NCBI GenBank assembly: GCA_022605425.2
Contig: JAKIMF020000007.1
Location: 62,001-126,000 of the forward strand
From: Hamiltosporidium tvaerminnensis FI-OER-3-3
Lineage: Eukaryota; Fungi; Microsporidia
DNA length: 64,000 nucleotides
Direction: 5' to 3'
The notes below the pieces were generated by a model, which was given only the letters and a program-made list of their open reading frames with translations, was not told where the DNA came from and did no database searches. Numbering within the stretch: position 1 is the first letter of the stretch; the number at the start of each line of letters is the position of its first letter. The position numbers and the translations under genes are program-made. This document shows positions 24,674-37,248 of the stretch, one piece after another.

Positions 24674-25855
24674 ATGAACGATGACAGAGCTATAAAAATT
24701 ACTAAAACGTTGACATTGAAATATGAGAAGGCGTTTTCATCGAATTCAATTGTAGAAAAATTTAGATTTATAGGCGACTTGCTGCGAAGTGTAGAAGACA
24801 GCTCTCAAAGTATGAAAAATGTATTTTGTATGACAAATCCATTGGTTGACCATAAAAATACCACAAAGGAAAACGCGGTGTCTGAAATAGAAAAAGCATG
24901 TATAATTTTTTTGAAAGATATGGCAAAAACCGGCAAACAAATGTTGTTTAAAGACTCTCCGTGTGCAGAAGCACAGGCATATATCGGAATGGTATATGAG
25001 TTGGGTGTCTTTGGTGTCAAAGAGAACCATAAAAAGGCTTACGGATATTATACGATTGCGGCCAGGCAAAACAATGCTTTAGGGACTTTTCGATTGGCCC
25101 AATGCTTTGAAAAGGGAATTGGAAAGACAAAAAATAATGAAAAAGCGCTAACTTTTTATAGATGTGCTGCAAAACTTGGACTCATTGAAGCTTTACATAC
25201 GTTTGGTTCCATTTTAATTTATGGCGATTTGGGATGTCCAAGAGATCCCGCAAGTGGTATTTTTTACTTAAAATTGGCAGCAAATAGATCTACATCATCT
25301 TATCCATACCCCTATTTTGATCTTGCTAGATGTTTCGAGTCAGATAACGCTATAAAAGAAATTATATCCGATGACAGATACGCCTTTAATTTGTATATGA
25401 AAGGTGCCAGGCTTGGTTGTTATAATTGCCAATATCGTGTGGCTCGTTGCTATGAATATGGAAATTTACAGAACGAACGAGATATGGAAAAAGCAATTTA
25501 TTGGTACAAAAAAGCTTCTCAGGCAGGACAAATAGATGCGCAGTTGGCACTTTCAAGTCTTTATTTTACCGGAATAGACAATGTTTTGGAAAAAGACAAT
25601 TCTAAAGCGTATATTTGGGCACTTAAAGCAGCTGTAAAAGGACATACAGTAGCAGCGTTTACCGTAGCAGAATTTGTAGAAGCTGGAATTGGTGTGAAGA
25701 AAGATAAAATACATGCTTTATGGTGGTATACAATAGCCAGTGTTCTTGGACATGCAAGTGCCAACAGCAAGATAGATGAACTTCAACGGCGCGTACAACA
25801 AGAAACCAAACTCGGAGAAGGCGAGAATTTTAAATCTCGTTGTAGATTGTTTTAA
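24674..25855 (+). CDS. Sel1-repeat chitin synthase activator (Chs4/Skt5-like)
   Basis: Multiple SEL1 repeats (AQAYIGMVYELG, FRLAQCFEKGIG, QYRVARCYEYG, AQLALSSLYFTG). First ATG is at 24674 (the track starts at a GTG). C-terminus ends CRLF, a CaaX-like motif. Confidence 0.85.
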   Translation: MNDDRAIKITKTLTLKYEKAFSSNSIVEKFRFIGDLLRSVEDSSQSMKNVFCMTNPLVDHKNTTKENAVSEIEKACIIFLKDMAKTGKQMLFKDSPCAEAQAYIGMVYELGVFGVKENHKKAYGYYTIAARQNNALGTFRLAQCFEKGIGKTKNNEKALTFYRCAAKLGLIEALHTFGSILIYGDLGCPRDPASGIFYLKLAANRSTSSYPYPYFDLARCFESDNAIKEIISDDRYAFNLYMKGARLGCYNCQYRVARCYEYGNLQNERDMEKAIYWYKKASQAGQIDAQLALSSLYFTGIDNVLEKDNSKAYIWALKAAVKGHTVAAFTVAEFVEAGIGVKKDKIHALWWYTIASVLGHASANSKIDELQRRVQQETKLGEGENFKSRCRLF

Positions 25856-26799
25856 ATAATGAACATCAAAATTTTGTGTTCATTTTGTTCTTCATTTTTT
25901 TTCTTTTTTATATAAACTTAAAGTTTATTTATAAATTTTTTATAAATTCTTTTAGTTTACCGTTGATCAAAAAGTAATTTAGGTAATATTTTATTTCTAA
26001 AAATATTTTATAATTAAACGACATTATATAAAGAATTCGTTTTTCTCATAAAAAAAATTATAAAATATTTTCTCTTTAAAACAAATTTCTAAAATTATAT
26101 TTTTGTTTAAACACTATGATTTATAATGATCAACCTATAATTTATCATACGTTTTTTTATAGGTAAATATTATTTGCAAATTTAATGCAAATAAGTCTAA
26201 ATTGTTTTTCGTTAATTTTCTAATTATGTTATTTAAAATCCCTAAATATTTTACTATTGGTTTAGACTCTTTATTGATATTTGAAATTATGAGTTTGATA
26301 TTCAGCATATCTTTTTAACTTAGATTTTAAATTTATTTCATTTGAATTTTTGTGTGTCAATTATGCAATGTGTACTTTCTGAGTCTATTTGACACGAAAA
26401 GATTATACGTGTCTCTCTATTGGAATTCTTCTGTATGGATATATAGTGACCTAAGTAAAGTAAAATTTGTGATTTTAATAATTTTATATTACAAATAAAT
26501 TAAACTTAAATTATATTTATTCGCGTGCCTATAAAAAAAATATTAATTTCACTTTTAGATAAGTGAAAAATTGATTTTAAATTATCTGATTTCGTTAGAA
26601 TTTCCAGAAAGATAATTTCTAATACATTTATAATGTTAAACAGTTTTTCTTTGAAATAATTTAATCGTTTCGTTAATAAAAAAAATACTAATTTATTTTC
26701 ATCGAAATTTAAAAATTTTACTGCTTCGGAATTTTTTGATAAATTAAAAAATTTAACGCTTTTAATGTTTTTTTTAGACAAATCTACAAACCGAAATAC

Positions 26800-27411
26800 A
26801 AAAAAAGTGGTGTTAGTATCATTTTTTGAATTTTTAGTAGGAAAAAACTACACTACACCTTTGGTTGTTCTATGGGAGTTGTTATGTGGAGGATAAGTCT
26901 AAGAAATGTAGAAACTTTTTCTAAAAATTTATTTGTAGGTTTTTACGTAACCAGATTGCAGATCGCAGCTGAACGTGTAGGTAATTGGCATGTAAAAGTA
27001 TGGAAATCTAGCGTTGTTCGCTCGGGTTAGAAGACTTAGCGCCTGGGAAATATGAAAATAAATTTATTTAAACCCGGGAGAGCTAAGATGCAGGTTAAAC
27101 CTGTTGGGAAGACATTGCACTGTCTAGATAGACTCCATTTAAGTCTCTGAAATATATTTTAGTTAGAATTTTATGGGTTTAGAAAATGTAGAGTAAGTGG
27201 GAATGCTGCATAGTCTTAGGGCGGCTTAGGGAGGCTTCGATCACACTCTATAAAACGAAATTTAACGAACTACGGATGACTGCCTCGTCAATTAATTAGG
27301 TTCTACACACCTGGTAGATGAAAGTCTTTGGGATGTAGGTATAGCAAAAGGTACTGATGGTGTGTTAAGGTAGCGGTTATTTTTGTTAAGCCTAGAACTG
27401 CGTTAATGTCT
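26800..27411 (+). repeat. Dispersed structured-repeat family, long form, copy A3 (head truncated)
   Basis: Colinear with revcomp of 48805-49474, including exact blocks such as gtaagtgggaatgctgcatagtctt, taggttctacacacctggtagatgaaag and cctagaactgcgttaatgtc. Confidence 0.9.
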
Positions 27412-28251
27412 AGGGAATTAACCTAACTCTTGATACTGTAAAATGATGTCATACTTTCTAAATAAATTTATATCGATTAGTATACAAACTAATAATTACA
27501 CAACTTATCTTGATTTTTTTTTGTACCAATCTTATAATCAATATAAATGTTATGGTTTTTAATAGTATCTAAATACAGAATTATATCAATACAAAAGCTT
27601 GGGATTATTTTTTTTACAAAATGGTAATTAAAGCTATCTGCCAAATTTAAATATATTTTATAATTATATCTTGTTATTTCGTTTTAAAAATACCTGGGCT
27701 CATGGTCGTTGATTTCTATGCTACAAAAAATAAAAACTTGCCTCATGTATATTTGTGTGCCTCAAAGAAGGTTAAATAAGCTTAGAAAAATTCTATCTTA
27801 TAATAACCCGCATTTTCATATGGAATGATATAAAATAGAAATATTTGTTATTAATATAAAATTAAGTTAATTTAGCGCATACTGAAATGTAAATTTTTTC
27901 TGATAATTCGAACGAAGTATTATTTGCTTGTTTGGTTGAAAATAATCTAAATAGGATTTAACTTGGTTTTAAATACACTATGTTATGTGTTTTCTTTCTG
28001 GTCATAATAAATTAGCGGAATATATCTTAAAGTAAATTAATAGTCTAAAAACTAAGCGTTTAATTCTTACATTTAAGTAAGAAGTTATATTAATTGAAAT
28101 TTATAATGGCTGAACGATATAGATTTTCGGTTTAACTTACATATCTTTTTCTGTTTCTTTTTTTAAAAAATAGATAAACCAAAAGCCATGTTGATATAAA
28201 ATCAATTAAAGTCCAAATTTTAAAGCTTTTTGAATAACGTGAGTATCTTTG

Positions 28252-28480
28252 CTTACTTATTACAGTTTTTCTTTAACTTTCAGTGTCGAAGATGAACAGA
28301 TATAGGTTTTCTTGTTGGTTCTTTTAAATGTTGTAACTCGGGATTATAGGAGAGTGGCTTATAGATCCAGTGTGGTTTATATCCTATTAAAATGGTAGAA
28401 ATAAATTTCAGACTATTTCTATATACTCATTACCAAGCGGAAATTTTTTAATGTAGGTATCGACTTTCCACCCATATATC
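28252..28480 (-). repeat. Dispersed structured-repeat family, short form, copy B1
   Basis: Revcomp reads gcttggtaatgag...ggatataaaccacactggatctataagc..cctataatcccgag...gttcatcttcgacactgaaag, matching 48350-48570. Confidence 0.85.
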
Positions 28481-31165
28481 GTTGATTATTCATTTAAATA
28501 GACTTAAACTATGTTTTTTGTCTCTAAAGCAGTATTTAGAAAAAAAAACTAATGTTTTGCTTTAAGATTGGGTCGTCTTGAAGTTATTTGAATATTTTCT
28601 AAGCGGGATTTTAGTCAATTAAAATATTCTTATAAAATTTCGCAATAGATTACAAAAATCAGCTTGAAATGAAAAGGCTATAAATCAGCTATGAAGGATA
28701 CGTGGTACCGAGAAATTGCTCTGTTATTAGAGGAAACATATGTTTAGATATCTAGTGATACTAAAAATATGGCACAGAAAACCCAAAGTATATCTTTTTA
28801 ACAAGTAAAAAGAAAACCAATATCAAAAGTCTAAAGACCTTGTCAAATTAATTGAAGAAATCGGCTTAATGCAATTTATTTACATGTGATATCGTCGATC
28901 AACTATCATTTAGAAATACTATAATTAGAACTGGCCGAGTTTTGTATAATTAAATGATCCTTGCTTTCGGTTTTTCTAAAGAATATGTAAATATTTATCT
29001 GAAATCTTTTTAGACTCTGCAAAAACCAAATAAAAAAATTTTAAAAGCTTTCTTGGTGCTAAATGCGAAACGTTCTTAGATTGGCACATTTTCTTTTTTT
29101 CGGAAAAAGTAAAAAAATCACAATTAAAAGAGAAACTATTATGAATTTGAAACTACTTATTGAACCTATCTTGCATTAATAAAACTTTTCCCGGTAAAAT
29201 ATATGGTGGAAACAAAGAGTACAAAAAAAACTGCGATTGCTCAGTTTGAAAATTTATAAAAGAAATAGAAAGTCGAAATCAATGAGTAAATCCATATAAT
29301 AAAAGAAATGATGAGTTAATACGTGTTGTATACTCCTTAATGAAGTGACGGAAAGTGAAAAGTTGGTAACAAAATGAAACCATCTTGTGATGATATATTT
29401 AGAATAAATTAAATTTTGGTTTTATAAAAAAATTTATACATTGTAATAAGTCTCCTAAAAATGTAGAGTATTGAGCAAGTATGCGTTGGAAATTGCTTGT
29501 ATAAGCTACAAGAAACGTTTGAATGAAGTTTTTGATGACTACACTTGCTTTCTCTAGAAATACATATTGCGAGTTTAAAAACAAATTAAAAGTCATACGG
29601 TTTATAAAATTCTTGAAAACAAATATGCCAAAATAATGTAACTACCGAATATAACCAGGTGCCATAATAAGGAATAATAAACCTGATATATATTTTTTAG
29701 CCAAGCGTAAAAATATTTATGCGCCCATTAAGTAGGAATTCGTTCCCAACATTCACTTCAAATATTTAAAAGTTAATAGCATAAAATATGGCGCCTTGGC
29801 CAACAAATTTGATCGAATTTACAAGTCTAGGGTCACGACAATTCTCTATGTGATAGATATCCGAAGGAGTTGTACAAAATATCAAAAAACATACCTTAAA
29901 ATACTTCAAGCGCAAATTAATCAAGAGGAATACATTTTTTGACAGTACTAGTGAACAAATTCAAACCGATTCTCATTATTCGACGAAGATTACTTGTGTT
30001 GTAAGCATGCTGAAGAGAGCATCAAAGTGCGTATAATAAGTCCCCGAAATACACGAAGAACCAATACTTACTATTAAATAAGACAGTGAGAAAGAGGTGA
30101 TTCAAAAATTAAAATAAAATTATCTACTTCTTATTTTTTATGATCTTTCGACACCAGAGGAATCAAAAATGTACGTAATTTAAGAATTGGTTTTTAAAGA
30201 ATAAGAAAATATATTGATTGGAAGACATGATAGAAAATATAAAGGAAAAATGTTTTACACTTTATTTTATAAATAAATATTTTGCTTTAAAAAAAAATAT
30301 AGGTGTGACTTACAAAAGATTAAAAATAAGTTTGGATCTAATTTTTGATTTGAATTTTGAAAACCAAATTAAAAAAACAATATATTATTTCATTCTTAAA
30401 AGTATTTATAAATTTTATTTGTACTAAAAAAAAGAATATTTATTTGTCCAAAGTCAAGGTTTATTTTTTTATTGAGCATATTTTCTCATAGAAATTGTAT
30501 GTAATTTCATAATTTTTTAAGATGTTTTAGGAATTCCTCTGTTATAACTTCGATGAGTAAATATGACACCAGAAAAAAATATGATAGACGAAGTTTTTAC
30601 AGTGTCTTAATGTCGAGATATAAACACAAATGTTCGTACTTTTCAAATTCACAAATCAAATTTTTATAGAAAATATACATGCCAGTAGTAGACTTTATCA
30701 TTATTTTAGGTAAATTTATATAAATTCATAATTAATATGCTTTACTGATGTATCATATTTCATCATCTAGAAATTCAAACATAATCTATATTGCTTTAAA
30801 ATACAAATAACCTGCATTTTTCTAAAGAAGGTCATAAAATTCATTTATATAGTTAACTCAGTATCTTTGAAAGCTGAATAGTATGATTAGCTTCTATTTG
30901 TTTATCGGAAATTCAAAATATGTAATCAAAGTAGACCGTCGAAAAACTCTGAGAAATATCATCGAAGTTTTTACAAAAATAAATTCAAACTAGAAATTTC
31001 TTCAATAAATTTCCTGTAAATCCTGTTACTACTAATAATTTATATTGAAATGAATAAAAAAAAATGTAATTTTTAAAGCGAATTCAAAACAAAAAAAACC
31101 ATTGATTACATGGTGTGTATTCAGAAATTATTGAAGACATATTCACTTTATTTAATATCTTTTAT

Positions 31166-31771
31166 TTAAACTTCTGTTTTTTGTTCTGTTTTATTTTCTT
31201 CCTTGGGTTGATCTCTTACAATCTTTTCTCCTTCATTATCATATTCCTCGGAATCTATTCTTTTGAATAGTAAAGCTATGTAATAGACGAATAGAAAATC
31301 TAGTAAAATAACCATCATCATATAAAAATACGCCAAAAGCCGAACATACAGAGCGCCAAAAGCGATAACCAACATTGATAAAATAATAAGTACCGCTTTT
31401 ATAGTCTTAGACAGTATAATAAATTTGAAAAGAAATGGCATTTTGAGATATACAGCTATTACATCTAAAACTACTGGAATTAATCCGCCAAACAAAAAAA
31501 GATATTTCAAAAATTTCGTAACATATTTGAATTTGCTCGCTTTGTTTGTATCTTCAACAATAAATATGTATATCGGTATTGTTGCGATAAAATTTATCCA
31601 TGCATTTGCTTTAATAATATTTATAAACTTTACTTTTTCAAATGATGTTGGTATTTTTTTACCATAACTTGATTTTTCTACTTTTTCTACTGTTCCATGT
31701 ACTTTTTGTTCTGCTTCTGCAGCTTTTGCAGCAGCTGTTTCTTTATATTTATCAGTTTTGTTCTCCGACAT
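31166..31771 (-). CDS. Hypothetical membrane protein (about 4 TM segments)
   Basis: 201-aa ORF with charged termini and hydrophobic core; aaacccagaaaaatATG start context. Confidence 0.8.
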   Translation of the reverse strand: MSENKTDKYKETAAAKAAEAEQKVHGTVEKVEKSSYGKKIPTSFEKVKFINIIKANAWINFIATIPIYIFIVEDTNKASKFKYVTKFLKYLFLFGGLIPVVLDVIAVYLKMPFLFKFIILSKTIKAVLIILSMLVIAFGALYVRLLAYFYMMMVILLDFLFVYYIALLFKRIDSEEYDNEGEKIVRDQPKEENKTEQKTEV

Positions 31772-32912
31772 ATTTTTCTGGGTTTTTTTTCTATTTATTA
31801 ATATATATTCCGTTCATTGGTTCGTTCATTGATTAGATAAAATTTTTAACTGCAATTGGTTATTTATTTCTCCTTTATTCTTAACAAATGGTACTTCTAA
31901 TATTAACAGTATTCATCTCCTTTAATAATATTCTATTTATGGTTAATCGAAAAAATATATATTGAACTTTAAAATTTATTTATTTAAATAAAATTCACTT
32001 TCTGTATGAAAAAATATAAACGGTAAAAGAAAAAATGAGATTCAAAGATTTTCATTCAATTTTTCTACTCGTTCATTTCAAATATCTCAAAAACGTATTT
32101 TTATAACAATGAAGAATATTTTAATTTTTCTTATCAGGTTTCTATTCCCTTAAAAATTTTGTTATCAGATATATTCACTTTTAAGCAAAAATTTTTATTT
32201 TATATTTATGATTTTCCCGAATATAAAAATTAATATTAAAGTAAATTTTCTGATCATATTTGCTTGTAGCGCTTTATACTAATATATAATTACCATTAAC
32301 TTTATAATTATCACGATTAAATTAGATTGACATTTCTTATTATAGAAAATAAAAGAAGAACTACAATTTCTATTTGCTTTTTTAATAAGTAATTTTAGGA
32401 ATAAATCGAGATAAGATTAAGATGCAAAAAGTGAAGCTTTTGGATAAGATTTGGCAGTATTTATTCATAACTGAAAATCGCGGAATTTATTGATCAGAAT
32501 AAAATACAGATCGAATAAATTTCAAATTACAGGTGTAAAATGGAAAAGTTTATCGATATATTTTAATTATCAAAAATATATTGAAAATTAATTAAAAAAT
32601 TGTCTATTTAAATAAAATATGTATGTATAGGTTTTTTTTGAATCAAAATTAGAATTTGACTTTTTATTTTACTTTCGACTTTAATTACAATAAAAGAGTT
32701 ATAAACAATGTAAATATCCCAAATCTAGTAATATAGTAATATTGGCACCGTTTTAACTTTAATCGATAAGTAATGTTTCATCTGTCAGTAATTATTGTTT
32801 GACAGAATTAAATGAACTACAGAATAATTAATATTTTTATGTATAAAAAACTGAAATTTATGAATGTTTAATTCAATAAATTGAAAATTGAATAACTTTA
32901 TTTATATAACTA

Positions 32913-34430
32913 TTAGCTTTTACTTCCTTTTACTCCTGTAAAATTACTCATAACTAATTCCATCATTTTTGAATCTATATTTGGTGTGGTTTCGAGTCTT
33001 TTTTTTATTTCGTCTAAATAATCATCAAAGAATTCTGAACATCGACGAAATACACGAATTCCGAGTTCATTAGAACATAAATCTGTTAAGTTTGACAGAA
33101 AAAGATTTAAAACAAACCTGGGTTGAAATCTTAAGATTTTTTGTATGGAATAATTACCGATTGGGTGTTTCAATAATCGATAACCGTTGGCTCCGATATA
33201 TTTAACGATACTAGTTTGTAAATCTTTAGATTCAGCAAGCGAAATTATTATTTGTACAACGTATGCTCCGTATTTTGTAGCAGAAATGGGGCCAATGTCA
33301 TAACCAAGCTGATTAACGACAAGAAATATCTGTTCTTGTGTGAGTGTCTTTAATATGGTTTGCATTATTATGTTTGTGTGCATTCCAACAGCTACTTCCT
33401 TTGTATTTATAAAGATGAAATCTAATATACCAAGACTTGCAAGGGATTGCATTCTTTTGACTTCGTTGATTGAAAAAAATTTAGACATTTTTGTAAAATA
33501 TGATACCTTCTCTTCAAACGTCGAGTTTTCGGATAAATTATCTAGTGGTAAGCATTCTTCAGAATCATCTTCGGGCATTTCAATGGATTCAACATCCATC
33601 AATACACTTAAATTAGAAAGCGTAATTTTCTCAGCTTCATTTTGTGACTGTAAATTTCTCCATGGTTCATAGAATACTCTGGTAGATTCGAAATCTTCTG
33701 GAGAAAATATTCTTTTTGTGTCAATTAAGGAGGAAAATGAAATCGGGACAACGCCATAATATTGTGAGTAAAAATTTATTGCATCTGGAATATTCCAAAA
33801 ATGAACGTAGATAGAAGAAAATATTTTTTCATATTTTTTTACACGTTTGTCGTTGTCCAAACATAATTTTAAAAATGGTTCCGTAAAAATTGACTCTGTA
33901 ACTGAATAGTCTGATGCGTCTGGTGTTGCTCCGAATGTAATCCTGCGAGATTTCATTTCTTCTTGGTCTAGTATTGTAGATTGTATGTCATTTTTTGAAT
34001 TAAAGAGATAAGATATGTTTGTTTTACATTTTAAATTTTCATTGGTGGAATTTTTAAGTTCGGGAAAATCCGAGAATTCTACTTTTTCGTCTATTGTATG
34101 TTTTACTTGTTTTTCAGTATCGTTATTGCTTTTTTTGCTCCAAACATCCCCATAGCTTGGAGATCTATATTTAAGTATACAATTTTTCATAAGTTTACTT
34201 ATTTCTTTAGATACAGATATTCTTAATGGATCATTTAAACTCGGACTCTTCGAATCTTTAACTTGTTTTTTAAACTTACCACGAGATTTTGTTACCATAG
34301 AATTGTTCGCGACGAATTTAAATGGTCTGTTCATTTCAAATGTATTGTCCTCTCCATTTTCTATCGAAATCATTAATATATTTGTTGGTTTTTCGATTAC
34401 ACTATGTTTTTTTTCCATATATGGCAACAT
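32913..34430 (-). CDS. Pumilio/PUF-family RNA-binding protein with a reduced C-terminal repeat array
   Basis: PUF repeat signatures HTNIIMQ, KYGAYVVQ, PIGNYSIQKIL, ELGIRVFR. First ATG is at 34430. Confidence 0.8.
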   Translation of the reverse strand: MLPYMEKKHSVIEKPTNILMISIENGEDNTFEMNRPFKFVANNSMVTKSRGKFKKQVKDSKSPSLNDPLRISVSKEISKLMKNCILKYRSPSYGDVWSKKSNNDTEKQVKHTIDEKVEFSDFPELKNSTNENLKCKTNISYLFNSKNDIQSTILDQEEMKSRRITFGATPDASDYSVTESIFTEPFLKLCLDNDKRVKKYEKIFSSIYVHFWNIPDAINFYSQYYGVVPISFSSLIDTKRIFSPEDFESTRVFYEPWRNLQSQNEAEKITLSNLSVLMDVESIEMPEDDSEECLPLDNLSENSTFEEKVSYFTKMSKFFSINEVKRMQSLASLGILDFIFINTKEVAVGMHTNIIMQTILKTLTQEQIFLVVNQLGYDIGPISATKYGAYVVQIIISLAESKDLQTSIVKYIGANGYRLLKHPIGNYSIQKILRFQPRFVLNLFLSNLTDLCSNELGIRVFRRCSEFFDDYLDEIKKRLETTPNIDSKMMELVMSNFTGVKGSKS

Positions 34431-34927
34431 TTTCAATTTTAATAAAGTTTCTAAACTCCTTTATAATGTATAACTGTAATTTATAAAACCAATCAATTTC
34501 GAACTAATTAATTAATTGGTTCCAAAATTTTTGTTTCGGATTAAATAATTGTCGATTTTTGATTTCTTTTATTAGTCATATATAAACGGATCAATGAAAA
34601 ACATGATATATAAGAAACAATTCTGGTTGATTACAGATATTTATAGATTAAATTAATTGATTTGTTTAAATGAATTATTCATAGTCATACGAATATAAAA
34701 TATAATATGTATAGCGCTAGATATTCTGTGACATTTATATCATAACTTTATCAATTTATTGTATATCTATTTATAACATCATTACATGTTTTACTTACAT
34801 CACACGATAATGAAAAAAATATTTTCCCTCTATTTTCCCACTCAAGATTTTACAGATTTATTAAAACATCTTTAATATTATACCAAGAAGTTTCTAATTT
34901 ATATCTTTCTAAAAAAAAACATTTTTA

Positions 34928-34960
34928 GCACCGAGAGGTACAAGAGGACTGGAATAAGTA
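34928..34960 (+). repeat. Isolated 3'-terminal hairpin fragment of the short-form repeat
   Basis: gcaccgagaggtacaagaggactggaataag matches the ends of the B copies (tactgagaggtaaaagaggaatggaataa). Confidence 0.6.
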
Positions 34961-35424
34961 GGTAAGTTTCTTAAAAACATATTTTTGTTAATTAAATTTA
35001 TAATTACAAATATTTTTATTAAGTTCTATTTAATATATCATATTTATTCTATAAAATAATTAATTTAGATACTTAAAATAAATACCAATAATATATTACT
35101 TGTACATCGTTTGGTAAAAACCATCTTATTTTTTCTAAAAAAAGATTTTTATATTACTTTGTATTGTAATATCAAATACAAAAGAATCTTTTATAAAATT
35201 AGTAGATTTTAATTAAAAATATATTTTTTAAAAAAAATCTCTTGCTTTTTAATATATTTGACTACCTTTTACTTAAATTTGCATGTATTCTTTTTTGTTT
35301 ACACAATTTATTTTTATTATATTCGAATATCTTTTAAATGATTTTTCGTTTTGCAATAAAATCGCTTTTTATTGCTTCTTTTATTAAGATTCATTTATTT
35401 TAACTTATACTCAAAATATATTAC

Positions 35425-35815
35425 TTATTTACACAGTTCACTCTTTTTTTACCTCGCAGTGATTCTAAAAAAATTGAAACCAACATATTCAGTCGCAAGT
35501 CAATGTTCTAGATTCTCTTGCAGAATTTCTTTTTCATGTAAAATTGGTCTTTTGGATCAACTAATTTCAACACTCACAGGTTCTTCTGTTTTTCCCGCCA
35601 AAATTCTTATTTTAAACTAACATAGTTCATTGATTTCTAATAAGTTCTTTATTTGTCCCTTTTTTTGGTTTAATCGGTTGCAACCCAAAATATAGAATCT
35701 GCTCATGGATCGGTGAGGTTTATATTCCACAAAAATGTCAAAAATATTTTCCCACCAATTTCACACACTCATTGTTAAGAAGATAGTTTTAAATCGTGTT
35801 TCTCTCTTCACCTCA
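35425..35815 (-). repeat. Dispersed structured-repeat family, intermediate form with an internal expansion, copy C
   Basis: Revcomp has the family head (aaaactatcttcttaacaatgagtgtgtgaaattggtggg...gtggaatataaacc) and the B-type end (cactgcgaggtaaaaaaagag), separated by about 170 extra nt. Confidence 0.65.
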
Positions 35816-37248
35816 AATGTATGTAATGAATTAAAATAGTTAATTATTACTTTATTTGGAAATTTTTTGTAGATATAAATAATTTGTTTCTTAAACATCA
35901 AAGAATAATTGAAGTATTATTATTAACATCTTTTTTATTTATTAATGTTTGGGAGAAAAATAATTCTAGAAATTTGGTGTATCTTTACATTGCAATAATT
36001 TTTGATTATAAATAAATGAATTATGAATCTAATAGAAGAAAACTTATTAGAAAACATTATAAATGATACAAATAATTTCTGTTAGGAGAAGACAAATGGA
36101 TAGTAAAAATACATTAAATTTAGTGTCAGAAATCAGAAAGGTTTTTATATTTGTAATTAAATAAAAATAGGAAAGCTATAGATGATTATTTACTTGATTT
36201 GAATATATTTAATGAACAAGGAAGAAGTCAAAAAATAAAAACGAGGCAGTTTTCTGCGATATTATAATTGATACAAAGAATAGTAGTAAAGTTATTATTA
36301 CCATTCTAAATAAATTTGATTGGAATTGCGATATATGATCTTTAAAATTGTATGACAGACCTATTCATTGCAATAATTTATTGTTTGGTATAATCTAGTT
36401 TGATAGGATTTAATTTAGATATCTACAATATATTACGTATTTTTAATTTAAATTATTTGTAGATATTAATTAAACGCCTCAGACAAAGTCGAGTTTTAAA
36501 TTTTCAAATAAAACAAGTATCTTTGCTTAGACTTAAGAAATGCGTATAGAAACGTATAAAGTAACTTTGAAAAATTCTTTTCTGATTTTTGAATCTAAAA
36601 TATAAACAAATTTTATTGGTAACTAAAAATCTATTAATTCTTATTTAAAGATTTATTCAGAAATAAATTTTTATGATATAAGATAGAATAATTTTGTGAG
36701 TAAATATTTAAAAAAGTTACCTTAAAAATCTTTAAATTGCCAGAATATACTCTATCGATACTATCAAAAAAATAAATAAATTTAATTTCTTTAGTAAAGA
36801 ATATTGGCTTTAAATTTTATTGCTGATTAGTATATAGAGATGAAAATCGATGGTTATGTTATAGATTTTAAACAAATGGATTCATCCTGTAATATGAAGC
36901 AAAAGATTAATTAAGAAAGTATACATGGGACTATTTATTTAAAGGCATATTTATTTGGCCTAAAATTTTAAATTGATCGATTTTTATAGTAAAAAAGAGG
37001 CAATCCACACAAATAATATTAAAAAGATAATACATGTCGTATAAATAATTTGTAAAATATTGTGTTTCAATATGTTGCATAGATATGTCGTATGGGCATG
37101 AAAAAGATCTAATTGTAACTTTGTAAATTCAATATCAAGTAAATTAGTATTTCATGTGTTTAAAAGACCATGTGAATGAAAATTTATTGAATTTTAAACT
37201 TAATCGATTTATTATAGAATATATATTTCCGATTTTTAAGACCCCAAA

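Noticed and set aside
27370-27415. Helitron-like 3' end (hairpin followed by CTAG)
   Set aside because: The terminal CTAG is present in A3 but not in A4, so it is not a conserved terminus.
28700-30100. Decayed coding or transposase-like sequence
   Set aside because: Composition looks coding, but no sustained frame or recognisable motif was found; needs tblastx.
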